Source: Octopus sinensis (taxonomy: Eukaryota). Taken from it: DNA of 64,000 nt. Positions 52,311-64,000 of this stretch are shown piece by piece (the stretch's first letter is position 1; each line of letters opens with the position of its first letter). The position numbers were made by a program, and so were the translations under genes. The DNA lies in contig NC_043008.1 of the NCBI RefSeq assembly GCF_006345805.1, positions 46,810,001-46,874,000 of the forward strand, written 5' to 3'. The notes under the pieces were generated by a model. That model was not told the origin of the DNA. It did not search any database and worked only from the letters and a program-made list of their open reading frames with translations.

Positions 52311-55300
52311 TGCTACATTGCTAGGTCTCTCCTATGCCTATTTGCAATCACTATAATTGTAAATAAAAGGGCAATTGATTTATTGATCCTATGTTTGATT
52401 AATTTTAATGTTTTACTTTCCTACGTGATTCCTCCAGCTTCTTCTGATAAACTTCAGCTGATGTAAACGTTATTTTCTACAAACGTTTCTTAAAGCTATT
52501 ACTATGGAAATCAGGCATAGTAAATAGACGGACGTATTATTCACACGGACGACTGGGAGTTCTGTCAACAAGATTTCTGTATCGAGGCCGACATCTTTTC
52601 AAATATGAAAGTTGGGTGAATAATAGGAAACGCAGGAGACCCGAACGAACGCAACGGTAGATATGAATTATGTATTACGATTCAGTCGTATATTGATTGA
52701 ATAATCTATGTGCACTACCGGCACTGTACATTCTATAGACCGGTTCAGACTATTAGAAATGACAGCTAATGTTCCAAAGAGTAACGTTGATAGCGCAAAT
52801 ATAATCATATTGGCAAAATTAATTTTGGAAATATTTCGTGTAAAAATAATTGTTAAACATTTCGAGGGGCTTTATTCCTAGTCTATATGACAATGGGATT
52901 CTATGGAAGAAAATTAATACATTAAACAAACTCATATATTACAGGAACTGATTAATCAACTGCAAGAGCTGAATAAGGATTGGAATCATAAGAATGTATA
53001 AAGCATAACGTTTACCAGAAATATTTGTCGCTTTAGCTTTCTGTCCAAACCTTAGTGTAAAGCATTAACAATATATTATGATATGCTATTTCTTGTACTT
53101 TGAAATAAAGTACAGGTAATACTTGCCATATACCCAACCTACAGCGGTCTTTTGAACATTACTCTCGCAAATAATAATATTTTGGACACACCAACCGTTG
53201 GAATGGAGATTTATAACAAACACCTAACAGCACGTCATTGTATAGTGCCAACGATTCCATCCTCCATCCAGAGTAAGGACCCACATCTCAAACAGCTTAG
53301 GTTTCGAAGTCAGACAATTTGTTAAAACTCTATCCCCCAAAAATCAAACGTATGCGAAATGCAACTGTGGATGAGTTGAAAGGACATTGGGACATTTTTT
53401 TAACCGGTAAAAACACACATCGAGTTGGGCAGAGCAGATCCTTCCCACTTGCTACTTCAGCGGAAATAGTTCCAGAGAGAGGGCCTAGAAGTGTGTGTGT
53501 GTGAAGTAATCACGTTATATGCACACACAAAACATATATCCATACACATACATTTAAGGCAACGCATACATGACGATTGTGCTCAAAATCCTTAATAAAA
53601 ACTTTCCACCCGTTACGTCTGTAATAACAATTCTAACCAGTGAAACCGGATTTTTGCTAGTGATGAGAGATGAAGCAAAACTGCTTGCGATGGTGATTAA
53701 AGAGACATGACAATGTTAAGGCGACTCTGCTAAGTAATCAGTGATTAATCAGCCAATGATTGGTTTTATCTAACACAATGTTTAATGAAAGAACAGCTGA
53801 ATATACCAGAGTGTAAAAGACAATGAAGATGGGAGTGTCTTTTGTTCAAGTAGAAGAGAAGGTCGATTCGATGAGAACGTGTTAAGTGTCTGTAACGTTC
53901 ATTGTTCAACATGGTCGATACGTGTGTGTGTGTGTGTTGTGTGTGTGTGGCTGAATGTGTGTGCGTTTATGAAGACACTGCTGTGCGTGTATTGTGAATG
54001 TGATGGACATGCTCAGAAGAACAGTGGTGGATGTGGCTTGATTTGTCACTTATTCTTTCTTTTCTATCTCTCTCCCTCTCTCTCCTCTATATAATGACAT
54101 GAGCATTTTCAAAGTTATCATCGTCAATGACATGAACACCATCACCACCACCTTCCATACAGCTATCATAAACGTAATCATCGTCACCACCACACCACCC
54201 ATTTGACACCATCCCCACCATCACCGTCTTAAAATCACCTGTGGTGCAGAACAACTCTTTTGCCATCATTATCAATTCGTTGAATATTCAATCATATTTT
54301 AACATTTATTTTCAGATTTCGGCCAACGAACGCCTTCCCGAGGGCTTTGATAAACTGAAACTATATCTGTCGTATGTGTGTGTGTGCGACGGTATCTGTC
54401 TCCCACCACTTCTCTATCGATGATGGTTTCTTTGTGTATCCCATAACTTAGAGATTTGTTAAATGGATATCGATAAAATATGAACTTGGGTAAATTAACC
54501 GACTAAATATCTTTCAGGCAGCGATCCAGCAAGCAACCCACGGTACATAAACAAGATCCGGCATATATACGTGGGGTGGATAGGTGTGTGTGTGTATGCA
54601 TGGTATATAAATACATGATGTAAACTGTTTTATTATTTGATAAATATATTCGGTTTCATTCATTTTAGTCTCCTAGAGACGTGAAACGAAATTGGTTCGT
54701 CAACTTAGGTAACCAAATGGATAGATGGAGGACTTCAAGGTAGCTATTGGAGAACTGGATCCTGTTGGTGAAGGCTCTTCACATGGTGTCTTGATATGGG
54801 TATTGAAATAACAGCGACATCAAATACATGAAACGGAAATCCCAATCTGTCTTTCTCGAGTCGCGTGTTTGTAAGCGTCTCTCGCTAAGTAGTGGAGTGA
54901 GAATATTTAGGAAACATGAGTGACTGCAATTTGTGTGGGCGGTGAGGGCAGGAAATGAGCCATGGATGGGACCAAGTAAAAATGAATGTCTGGACTATAA
55001 TGTTTGGTGTGGCGTTAGCTCTATTCCCTGAAACTGCCGTGGTTTATTCCGGATTGCTTGAGTGGTATGAGGTCTTGCATGATCTTCTGGCAGAAGGAGT
55101 CACATTATGTTAGCCAATCACGGGTATTGTTGCCGCTCAATTGCATACATCTTCTCTAGCTGTTCGTACTACAGGCTGGTATCAATGGTCCGAACGGTAT
55201 CGTAGTGAAGCAATGCCTCATAATTCCACGACATGTAGACTATCGCATTGTATTTATATAGAAAACTCTTATTTGCTGACAGGTTACAGGAGCTGGACTT

Positions 55301-55863
55301 TGTTAAACCACTGATTACACACGTTACGATTGCGTAAAAATGGCTCACTTCCTACCTTTGCGACACTTCATCCATCGAGGTCAAGTGGAAGCTTCAGTGA
55401 AGGGATCCTTCGCCACGATGGACAAGCACTGTTATCAGCTCAGTAGCAAGGAACTGGTAAACAAGTGATTTCGGAGGGGCACCACAATGGCCTCTATTCT
55501 GAATACTAGGCTGATTTTGTTCTAACTAGATGAACAAAGAAAACAGTTACTAAGGTATTGCAAAACATTTCGCTCAATGCAATATTCATCAAATAGCTTC
55601 TATGAGGGCATAAACCTGTCGAATCCTACACGATTTAATATATTCCTGGGTTATAAAATGTTTATAAAAATGTAGTAGCGGTCAACACTGATAGAACATA
55701 AAGACAGTCTCGAAGTAGACCATTTCTATTCTGCAGGCCACATCCTGGGAAAGTGTTTGCACTTATCGATGCATACAGCGTTGGTGAATGAAAAATATTT
55801 TCTACTGCAGTATATCATTTGAAACGATATATTTTTGAAGAATCTGTAAGTTCACTATCCCAC

Positions 55864-55924
<61 letters not shown>

Positions 55925-55974
55925 ATTTATGTGTGTGTGTGTGTGTGTGTGTGTGAGTGTGCATACATATATGC

Positions 55975-56021
<47 letters not shown>

Positions 56022-56081
56022 TGTGTGTATGTATGTGTATATATACGTACATTTATGTATATGTAATTACATATATATACA

Positions 56082-56118
<37 letters not shown>

Positions 56119-56364
56119 TTACATACATACATGCGCGTGACATGTATATGTATCATCAAATAAATATATGTATTAGTGCTTAAATTGTCTGTTAGTAGAA
56201 TCTATGTTTTATTCCATTAGCCTAAAACATATATTTTACAAAACTTCAGAACAACACTCCGGAGGAAAATGATTTGTAGCCCGAATTCATAAACGCAATT
56301 TTACAATGCAATAAGGCACCACTTTCATATAAATAGTAATTTCCCTTAAATTGAAAAAAAAATA

Positions 56365-56424
<60 letters not shown>

Positions 56425-56753
56425 TGCAAATTAGAGTTCTGTATTTATTCCAATAAAGTGTAGAGCTGGCACTTAGTTACATTTCGATATTAAATGGAAA
56501 ACATGAACAATACAATATTCAATTTTCCTAGAATATATAATCTGGGGCGTTATTGTTTTGTCTGAAATGAGCAAAAGTGGAGAGAGCGGATGTAAAACAA
56601 GAGATTCGGTTTTGTATCACCAGAAAACCGGGGTCTTTCACGAAAATAACAAAAGCAGAGAATGGCTAATGCTGACTGACACATGTGTATACACACACAA
56701 ATGCACAAACATATAAGGGTGTGTGTGTATGCATATATATATATATGTATATA

Positions 56754-56892
56754 GGCGCAGGAGTGGCTGTGTGGTAAGTAGCTTGCTTACCAACCACATG
56801 GTTCCGGGCATCTTCTACTATAGCCCCGGGCCGACAAAAGCCTTGTAAGTGGATTTGGTAAAAGGAAACTGAAAGAAGTCCGTCGTATATAT
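56754..56892 (+). mobile_element. SINE family B, 5' half (interrupted by the LINE)
   Basis: ggcgcaggagtggctgtgtggtaagtagcttgc...gaaactgaaagaagtccgtcgtatata. Confidence 0.88.
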
Positions 56893-56984
56893 GATTGATT
56901 GATTGATTGATTGATTCTAGTTTCAGCTTATGAGCTGTGGCCATGCTGGGGCACCGCCATTTGGTGTTGCTACTTGGTTTCACT

Positions 56985-59940
56985 TCACGAAAGCTTTCTA
57001 GCAACTGCCATTTGGTGCATGAGAGAGTTCGATGCAGCTACCCTCATCTGCCACTCCTGCCGTGAAGTTGGTTCATCTGGGACACCTGACAGGAAGAGAT
57101 CCAGCTTCATTTTAAAGACATCTGCATCCACCCCATGCAGGTCTCTCAGGTTCTTCGGGAGGTTATTGAAGAGCTGTGGGCCTCGGAAGCCCAGGCTATC
57201 ACAGAATCTTGTCCTACATCTTGATGGCAAGTTTGGAGTCCTAGGCACCACGAAGTGGCGCCCAGTTCTGGCATTTGCGTAACTCTCGATGCCAAAGTTC
57301 AGGACACTTCCCTCCAGGATCTTCCAGATGTATATTATGGCATATCTTTCCCGCCTACGCTCCAGGGAATGTAGTTTTAATCTCTTGAGTCTTTCCCAGT
57401 AGCTTACATACTGCATAGAGGCTATCTTCGTGTAGCTACGTTGGATCGCCTCGAGCTCTGTGATCAACTTGACACTGGATGGTGACCATAACTGAGAGCA
57501 GTAGTCAAAGTGGCTTAGGACAAGTGTCCTCCAGAGGACCATCATGGTTTCTTGTTCTCTTGTTCTAAAGGTTCTGAGGATCCATCCAGCCAGTCGTCTA
57601 CATTTCATTGCCAATTTAGCAACATGTACACGAAAGGTCGCGTCATCACTCATGTAAATACCTAGGTCACGCACTGATTGTGCCTCTGGGATTGCTATTC
57701 CTCCGGGTCCAGTGTATTCATTGGGTATTGCATTTAGTTTTGCATGCTGATAGTATAGAGCTTGAAACTTTTCAGCATTGAACTGCATGCTATTCTTTTC
57801 GGCCCACTTGTATATTTTGTCTAGCTCACATTGCAGGTGCTTAGTGTCCTCAGGGTTCTGTATTGCCTGTGAAACTTTTGTATCATCTGCATAACTTGTG
57901 ATCGTGGCTCTCTGCGTGGCTGAGGGCATGTCTGAGAGGGTCATTATGAACAGTAGTGGTCCCAGAACAGTGCCCTGCGGAACACCGCTCACTATTTGCG
58001 TGTTAATGGAAGTGGCCCAATTGACCACTACCACCTGACTTCTATCTTTCAGAAAGTCATGAAGCCATTCTCCCAGTTTTCCAACTATGTTGAGATCACG
58101 CAGTTTGTGTCATATCATTCCATGATCGACTTTATCAAAGGCCTTTGCAAAGTCGAGATATATCACTTCCACATTTGAGTGGTTGAGCAGCCGTTTCAGC
58201 ACCCAGTCATAGTGTTGTAGGAGCTGAGTTAAACAGCTTCTCCCTGGTCGGAAACCATGTTGGGTGTCGGGCAGCAAGTCATTTTCTTCAAGGAAGGTGA
58301 TCAGCTTCCTTCTGACTATTCGTTCCATGACCTTGCTGATGTGTGAGGTCAGAGAGATAGGTCTATAGTTCTTGGCTTCCGCTCTGCTACCTCCTTTATG
58401 AATGGGGCATATTTTACCTTCCTTCAGGTTTCTTGGAAGTTTGCCAGCTGCAAGGAAGCTCTGAAAGAGGAACTGCAGTGGTCTTGCTAGGACTCTCTTA
58501 CATGCTTTTAGGAGGATTGCCGGGAATCCATCGGGGCCAGTAGCTGAGTCTGTTTTCATTTCATCTATAGCCTTGATTACATCGTCTTCCTTTATATCGA
58601 TGTAATCTATCGTCGCCGCCTCTGATTTTATATCTGCAGTGGTAAAAAAGTCAGTTGGATTGGTGATTTGGAGATGCCCAAGGGGTGGAGTGAAAACACT
58701 CTTGAATTGCTCATTCAGTATTTCACTTACCCTCATTGGTTTTCCTGTAAGTGTGCCATCCTTTTCGAGGAGTGGCCCTACTCTACAGTGCACCGTAGCT
58801 GTTTCTTGGCATACCTGTAGAAAGCTCTGGGTTAGATTTTATGTTGTCTATAGCCCAGGCTTCTTTGTCTGCTCTTTCCTTTTCATGTTAGAGTTGCAGA
58901 CATTTTTCGATTTCCAACAGTTTTATTTTTAGGCGGGACTTTTCACTGCTTTCAATCTGTTTGTTTAGGCGATTTGAAAATTTTGTACGCCGTCTCATTA
59001 AAATTTTCCTCTCTCTGGGGATTTTGTTCTTGTGTACAGTGGCCTTTCTCTCTGGGACACATTTGTAGCATATGGCTTGTATTACAGACATGAATTGTTG
59101 AAGTTTCACGTCGATGTCTGGCGAGGAGAGACATTTAGGCCAGTTTTGTTTGAGGATCTCTTTCTCAATTTGTTTCCAGTTTGCCTTATGGTAGTTCAAG
59201 CTGGAAAGATTCTGAGGGTTTCTTGTAGGCTGCATGTCCGTGCTCTCTTTTGGCCCGTACATGGTCAGCTCTATCATGTTGTGATCCGAGAGTAGTGTCG
59301 GTGTCACTTTCACATTATGGATGAGATCCATGTCATTTGTGAAGCAGAGATCCAGTGTGTTACCTGCCCTGGTTGGTTGGAGTATTACCTGCTCCATGTA
59401 CAGGGCGTTGATGAGGTTCAGGAGGGACCTCGCCTGTCCTCGTTCACATCTTGTCATTCCTGGGAGAGAAAGGCCCTCGGGTCATCTGACATTGGGCAGA
59501 TTGAAGTCTCCCATAAGAAGTACACTTATGTGTTGTTCTAATGTGGTTAGAACTTCTTCTATTTTTATAAGGCAGTCTTCAAACTTGCCCACATGGCTTG
59601 GGGCATCTGGAGGGCGATATGTAGCACACACAACTACATCAAGTTGCCTAATATCTACAATTAGTGTGTCACACACCGAGTTTGAGTATGACAAGAGGAC
59701 CTGGGGTGTGAGGTCCTCACGGATGTACATAGCAACACCTCCATGACTCCTTTCTTTCCTGTCGGTCCGTAGTACAGCATACTGTGGTATGTGTAACTCC
59801 GCATCTGCTATATCCGGTTTCAGGTGCGTTTCCGTTAGTGCTATGCATAAGGCTTGATTGCATGCAACAAAATCTCTCAGGAACGAGATTTTTGTCCTGT
59901 TACTGAGTGTTTGCAGTCCTCTGATGTTCAGTAGGAGCAT
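56985..59940 (-). pseudogene. LINE ORF2: AP endonuclease plus reverse transcriptase
   Basis: EN motifs LLNIRGL, LTETHL, YRPP and GDFNLP. RT motifs GPDG, NYRPISLTS, QHGFRPGRSC, YLDFAKAFDKVDH, GVPQGTVLGPLLF and YADD. In-frame stops occur near 59482, 58888 and 58110, with two 1-nt frameshifts near 58800-58830. Confidence 0.95.
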
Positions 59941-60831
59941 CGAGGTGAGGTGTACGTTGTTGCCGGTGGTGTCCATCCTGGGTCTGTTTGCTGTGGTGGT
60001 CTGGTATATAGTGGGTAGTCCCACCTGCGGGCTTGGGTTTGATGAAGCCAGGTCAGCTGCTGTACAATCTTTTGTGCCATGCACAAAAAAGATTGTTGCT
60101 CAGCAGCTGCCCTTTCGACAACATCATGTTGGTGGTTTGTGGCACGCACAACATCTGCGTACCTCCGCTTTGGGGCAAGTGGTGCGTGGTCCATCCCTTT
60201 TCCTTGTGTTGATGGTTTGTCCATCTGCCTCGTGTCTCTGTGGCAGGGTCCCCGATGTGCAAAGCGGCAGCCTGCACCTTCCTTTCCATGCCAGCAGGAA
60301 CCTCTCAGGTAGAACTACACACCCGTGTGCGCTGTTTGTTTCCATCTTTTGCGGTTCCACTTCTATTCCTGGTTTTTTCACCCTTTGTTCCTGCTTGAGC
60401 TTTTCCTTTAGCTCTTCCAGCCCTTCTTTTAGTTCTTCCTCCTCCCTCTACCCCTTCACCGGGTTCTCCGTCTCCATGGCCTTTGCTGCCGGTTGGAGAA
60501 CTTGCACCTGGGTTCACTTCCCGGGCAGGTTTCTCATTCAAAACCTCCTCCCGGGCGTCCACCAGGTGGGGTGACTTCTTTAATCGTCTCCATTCTTGCT
60601 ATCGTTGCCCCGCTCGTTCTCAAAGATGGCATCAAGTGCGCCAATGTGCGACCGTATAAGCGCATATGAGCGCACGAATTCCCGTCTCTTTCGCTCCATC
60701 TGAGCCGCTGTCCTCTTGTAGCCTTTGCTCTTCAGCGCAGCCGCAATCACCTCGTTAGGGCTATCTCCGTCGGCGCACTTCCAGGCTCGTACGAATAAAT
60801 CTAGTTCGTCAGGTCTCCATGCTCTGGACAT
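59928..60831 (-). pseudogene. LINE ORF1: Myb/SANT-like N-terminus, basic linker, CCCH finger (frameshifted)
   Basis: WRPDELDLFVRAW...IAAALKSKGYKRTAAQMERKRREFVRSY; VC/FYLRGSCWHGKEGAGCRFAH across a frameshift; C-terminal RRYADVVR...QQSFL. At least three frameshifts. Confidence 0.7.
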
Positions 60832-60889
60832 GCTGGATGATCTGTCTATTTGTTTATCTATCTACCTATGTTCGAGAGAAGACAAGAAG

Positions 60890-61127
60890 ATATTATGTAT
60901 ATATATATATGTGTATGTGTGTTTGTGTGTCTGTGTTTGTCCCCCAACATCGCTTGCTAACCGATGCTGGTGTGTTTACATCCCCGTAATTTAGCGGTTC
61001 GGCAAAATTACCGTTAGAATAAGTACTACGCTTACAAATAATAATTCCTGGGGTCGATTTGCTCGACTAAAGGCGGTGCTCCAGCATGACCGCAGTCAAA
61101 TGACAGAAACAAGTTAAGATTTAAAGA

Positions 61128-61128
<1 letters not shown>
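60890..61128 (+). mobile_element. SINE family B, 3' half (continues 56754-56892)
   Basis: (TA)n(TG)n, then catcgcttgctaaccgatgctggtgtgtttacatccccg...ggcggtgctccagcatgaccgcagtcaaatgacagaaacaag. Confidence 0.88.
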
Positions 61129-61171
<43 letters not shown>

Positions 61172-62429
61172 TCATGCGCCCGTGCACACACACACACATA
61201 CACACGCGCATGTTCTCAGCTCTTACATTCCCCACTGGTCAACCACACAAATAATGACTAGGTTGGGTGATGCTAACCATCGGGGATCGAATGTGAACTA
61301 ATATGCCCAGCCTGATACAACCCTTCTTCAATTATGCATAATGGTGAATTTGGTATCGTAATCAGCCCATCTCGGTTTCGATTGCTTTGCAAGGAATTAT
61401 AAACAAGGGTCATTTTTGTATGCTTGTTTTAAAGAATTAAGAGTGAAATTTGGGAAATTGTAACCAGAAGACCAACGGATGGAAAACGTATAATTTAAAG
61501 AAGTAATGTAATCAGAATGTTGTTCCGTCATATACACTTGAGAATTACATTATGAATACGTATGACTCTGGATAATTACGTAATCATTTTACAGACAATT
61601 TCAATGCACCTCTGTTGGCATTTACCTCATTCAACAGATGAATTTTAACAGTCGGAGATTTTTACAATTATCCCTAACACACACACACATATATATATAT
61701 ATACATACATATATAGCAGAATGATATAACGGGATGATGGTGGATATTAGGTATTTATGGTAGAACACAACATTCGTTTCTGCACCGCACAACCAACTTT
61801 CAGCTGCTGAACTTATATTCATATACCATTATTAAAATTATTCTTCATAATTACTATATAGTTGTACATTTGTCGGCAACAGCCATGTTTGAATACTTCA
61901 TTCGGTGGGATACGGTCGAACACTGATGGATTTTTCTGAATTCTCTAGCCATGGGACCTCCATTAATTTCCACTAATTAAACTACTAATCTCTGGGGACG
62001 GAAGAACTAATACAAACGTAATATGACTATACTATCCCCAAACAACAAGAACAGAGAGAAGGCTAAGAAAACAAACGAACAAACAGAAACGAACCCTTAC
62101 TGAAACGATCCAATCAAATGCCACCTTGCTTATATTAAGGGACAGTCAAAAAATGTTGCGCACTAATCGCGGGATTGCCGCATATCTTTTAGAAATGTTT
62201 GTATGTGCGTTTCTCGTCTCTTACTGCTTCAAAAAAATGCATCGAAGACAGGAAACCATTTTCAGTTTCCGATTACCCATATCTCAAAGCATATAATACT
62301 ACACTTTTCACGGAAAACGGGTGAGGGTGGAAACACTCGGAAATCACCAACCCCAACCTCAGTAGTGGTGGGGGGGATGGACTGCATGCCCTATCTTCCT
62401 AGACACCCTTCGCCACTGTTGTATATATT

Positions 62430-62635
62430 TTTGTCTGTGTTTCTTCACCTGCCGGCACTTGACAACCGATGTTGGTGGGTTTACGTCACTGTGCCTTAAC
62501 AGTTCGGTAGAAGAGACCGATAAAGTAAGTACTCGGCTTACAAAGTATGAGCCTCGGGGTTGAAATCTTCGACTAAAACCCTTTAGTATGTTGCTCCAGC
62601 ATGGCCTCAGTCAAATGACTGAAACAAGTACTAGA
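62430..62635 (+). mobile_element. SINE family B, 3' half
   Basis: cttgacaaccgatgttggtgggtttacgtc...ccagcatggcctcagtcaaatgactgaaacaagt. Confidence 0.8.
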
Positions 62636-62871
62636 ATGTTCCCTCCCCTCTTTCCCCACCATCAAAAAGTATCCATTACTAACAATTCACTGCCTTTCCT
62701 TTTAGCTGCAACAAATACATTTTTCTTTAAGTTATTTTCTTCCTAGATTTTTTATTTATTTTGTCTTTCCATATTTTTCTACTCATTTTAATTCACATTC
62801 GAAGGGCAACTTTAATGCGCTATCCATATTCATCTTCTTATCTTATATTACATTGCGATATAATAAATATT

Positions 62872-63084
62872 ATTTTCTACTCTAGGCACAAGACCCGAAA
62901 TTTTGAAGGAGGGGGGCCAGTCGATTAGATCGACCCTAGTACGCAACTGGTACTTAATTTATCGACCCCGAAAGGATGAAAGGCAAAGTCACCTCGGCGG
63001 AATTTGAACTCAGAACGTAACGGCAGACGAAATACGGCTACGCATTTCACCGGCGTGCTAACGTTTCTGTCTGCTCGCCGCCTT
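62872..63084 (-). mobile_element. SINE family A (alternative tail) with 16-bp TSD
   Basis: The TSD cgatataataaatatt occurs at 62856-62871 and 63086-63101. Confidence 0.93.
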
Positions 63085-63646
63085 ACGATATAATAAATAT
63101 TGAACTATTCATGTCCGTATATATTTTTTCTTTTGCCATCAATATATATAATTTTCATAAAAGCACTTTATATTCAATACTTTAAAACTAGCACTGATTC
63201 ATTTCAGTTTTCTACAAAATCATTACAATTAACTTCCTCTTAACCATTCCACTGGTCGATCTTAAATTTTGTAACGATTACTCGATACATTATAATTTTT
63301 GTTTTAAGAAAAATATATTTAATCATATTTCTGAGACTTTTATAATAATATCTGGGATTTTGCATAGAAGATCTTTCTCGTAACTTACCATCGAAGATTC
63401 TAATGCTGTAATTGTTTATAATTAGGCCCTGGCCAGTTACAATTGGTGGATGATTATAGGCGACATATACAATTTTTTATAATCATTTCGAAAATCATAT
63501 AACGAAGAATGATCTTTCGCTTTTAACCCATCATCCGAATGTTTCATTTTAATCCACTTCTAAAAATTAATTTTATTTATTATCTATTAACACATATTAC
63601 GTATTATAATATACATAATTCTGCCGATATCCTTGTAAACAATATT

Positions 63647-64000
63647 GCAGAACGGTTAGCATGCCAGGCGACATGCTGAGCGGTATGTCGTCTGCCGTTA
63701 CAAGTTCAAATTCCGCCGGGGTCAACTTTGCCTTTCATCCTTTCGAGGTCGATTAAATAAGTACCAGTTACGCACTGGGGTCGATGCAATCGACTTAATC
63801 AGTTTGTCTGTCCTTGTTTGTCCTCTCTGTGTTTGGCCCCTTGTGGGTAGTAAAGAAATAAATGTATTTCGTCTGCCACTACGTTCTGAGTTCAAATTCC
63901 GCCGAGGTCGACTTTGCCTTTCATCCTTTCGGGGTCGATTAAATAAGTACCAGTTACGCATCGGGGTCGATGTAATCGACTGAATCCCTTTGTCTGTCCT
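63647..64000 (+). mobile_element. SINE family A, head-body-body dimer (runs off the window)
   Basis: The second unit restarts at gtatttcgtctg (63864) directly after the first tail. Confidence 0.9.

Larger units (their letters stand above)
56893..60889 (-). mobile_element. Near full-length CR1/L2-group non-LTR retrotransposon, disabled
   Basis: Contains ORF1, ORF2 (APE plus RT), a short 3' UTR with a stem-loop and an (AATC)n tail. Confidence 0.95.

Noticed and set aside
54700-55500. Highly decayed RT-like sequence on the minus strand
   Set aside because: It has only vague similarity (LARDAYK, FDVA) and no diagnostic RT motif was recovered.
56760-56800. Bacterial, phage or defence-type system anywhere in the window
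   Set aside because: There are no operon-like, gene-dense or prokaryotic features; all coding remnants are eukaryotic transposon-derived.
59858-60574. 238-aa + strand ORF and other ORFs antisense to the LINE
   Set aside because: These are shadow frames of the GC-richer LINE ORF1/ORF2 with no recognisable motifs.

Overview
AT-rich, microsatellite-laden eukaryotic DNA with no intact long host CDS. The SINE families and (TA)n/(TG)n density suggest an octopus-like coleoid cephalopod; this is inferred from recall, not searched. Almost all ORFs in the supplied track are microsatellite artefacts (YI/VC/HT repeats). The content is a transposon landscape: (1) a near full-length but disabled CR1/L2-group LINE (~56.9-60.9 kb, minus) nested inside a SINE, with an ORF1 that appears to carry a Myb/SANT-like plus CCCH domain pair; (2) a second CR1 3' fragment; (3) a Penelope-like element (PLE) remnant, absent from the ORF track, with a GIY-YIG endonuclease and a hammerhead ribozyme motif that has an unusually long stem II, plus several other PLE-type hammerhead motifs; (4) four Tc1/mariner relics, one built from two inverted 5' ends; (5) two MITEs; (6) about 20 SINE copies from at least 4 families, one sharing a covarying 3' stem-loop with the LINE. 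Several plus-strand exon-like segments suggest an unannotated spliced transcript, which I cannot confirm. Coordinates were hand-counted and element boundaries are approximate.
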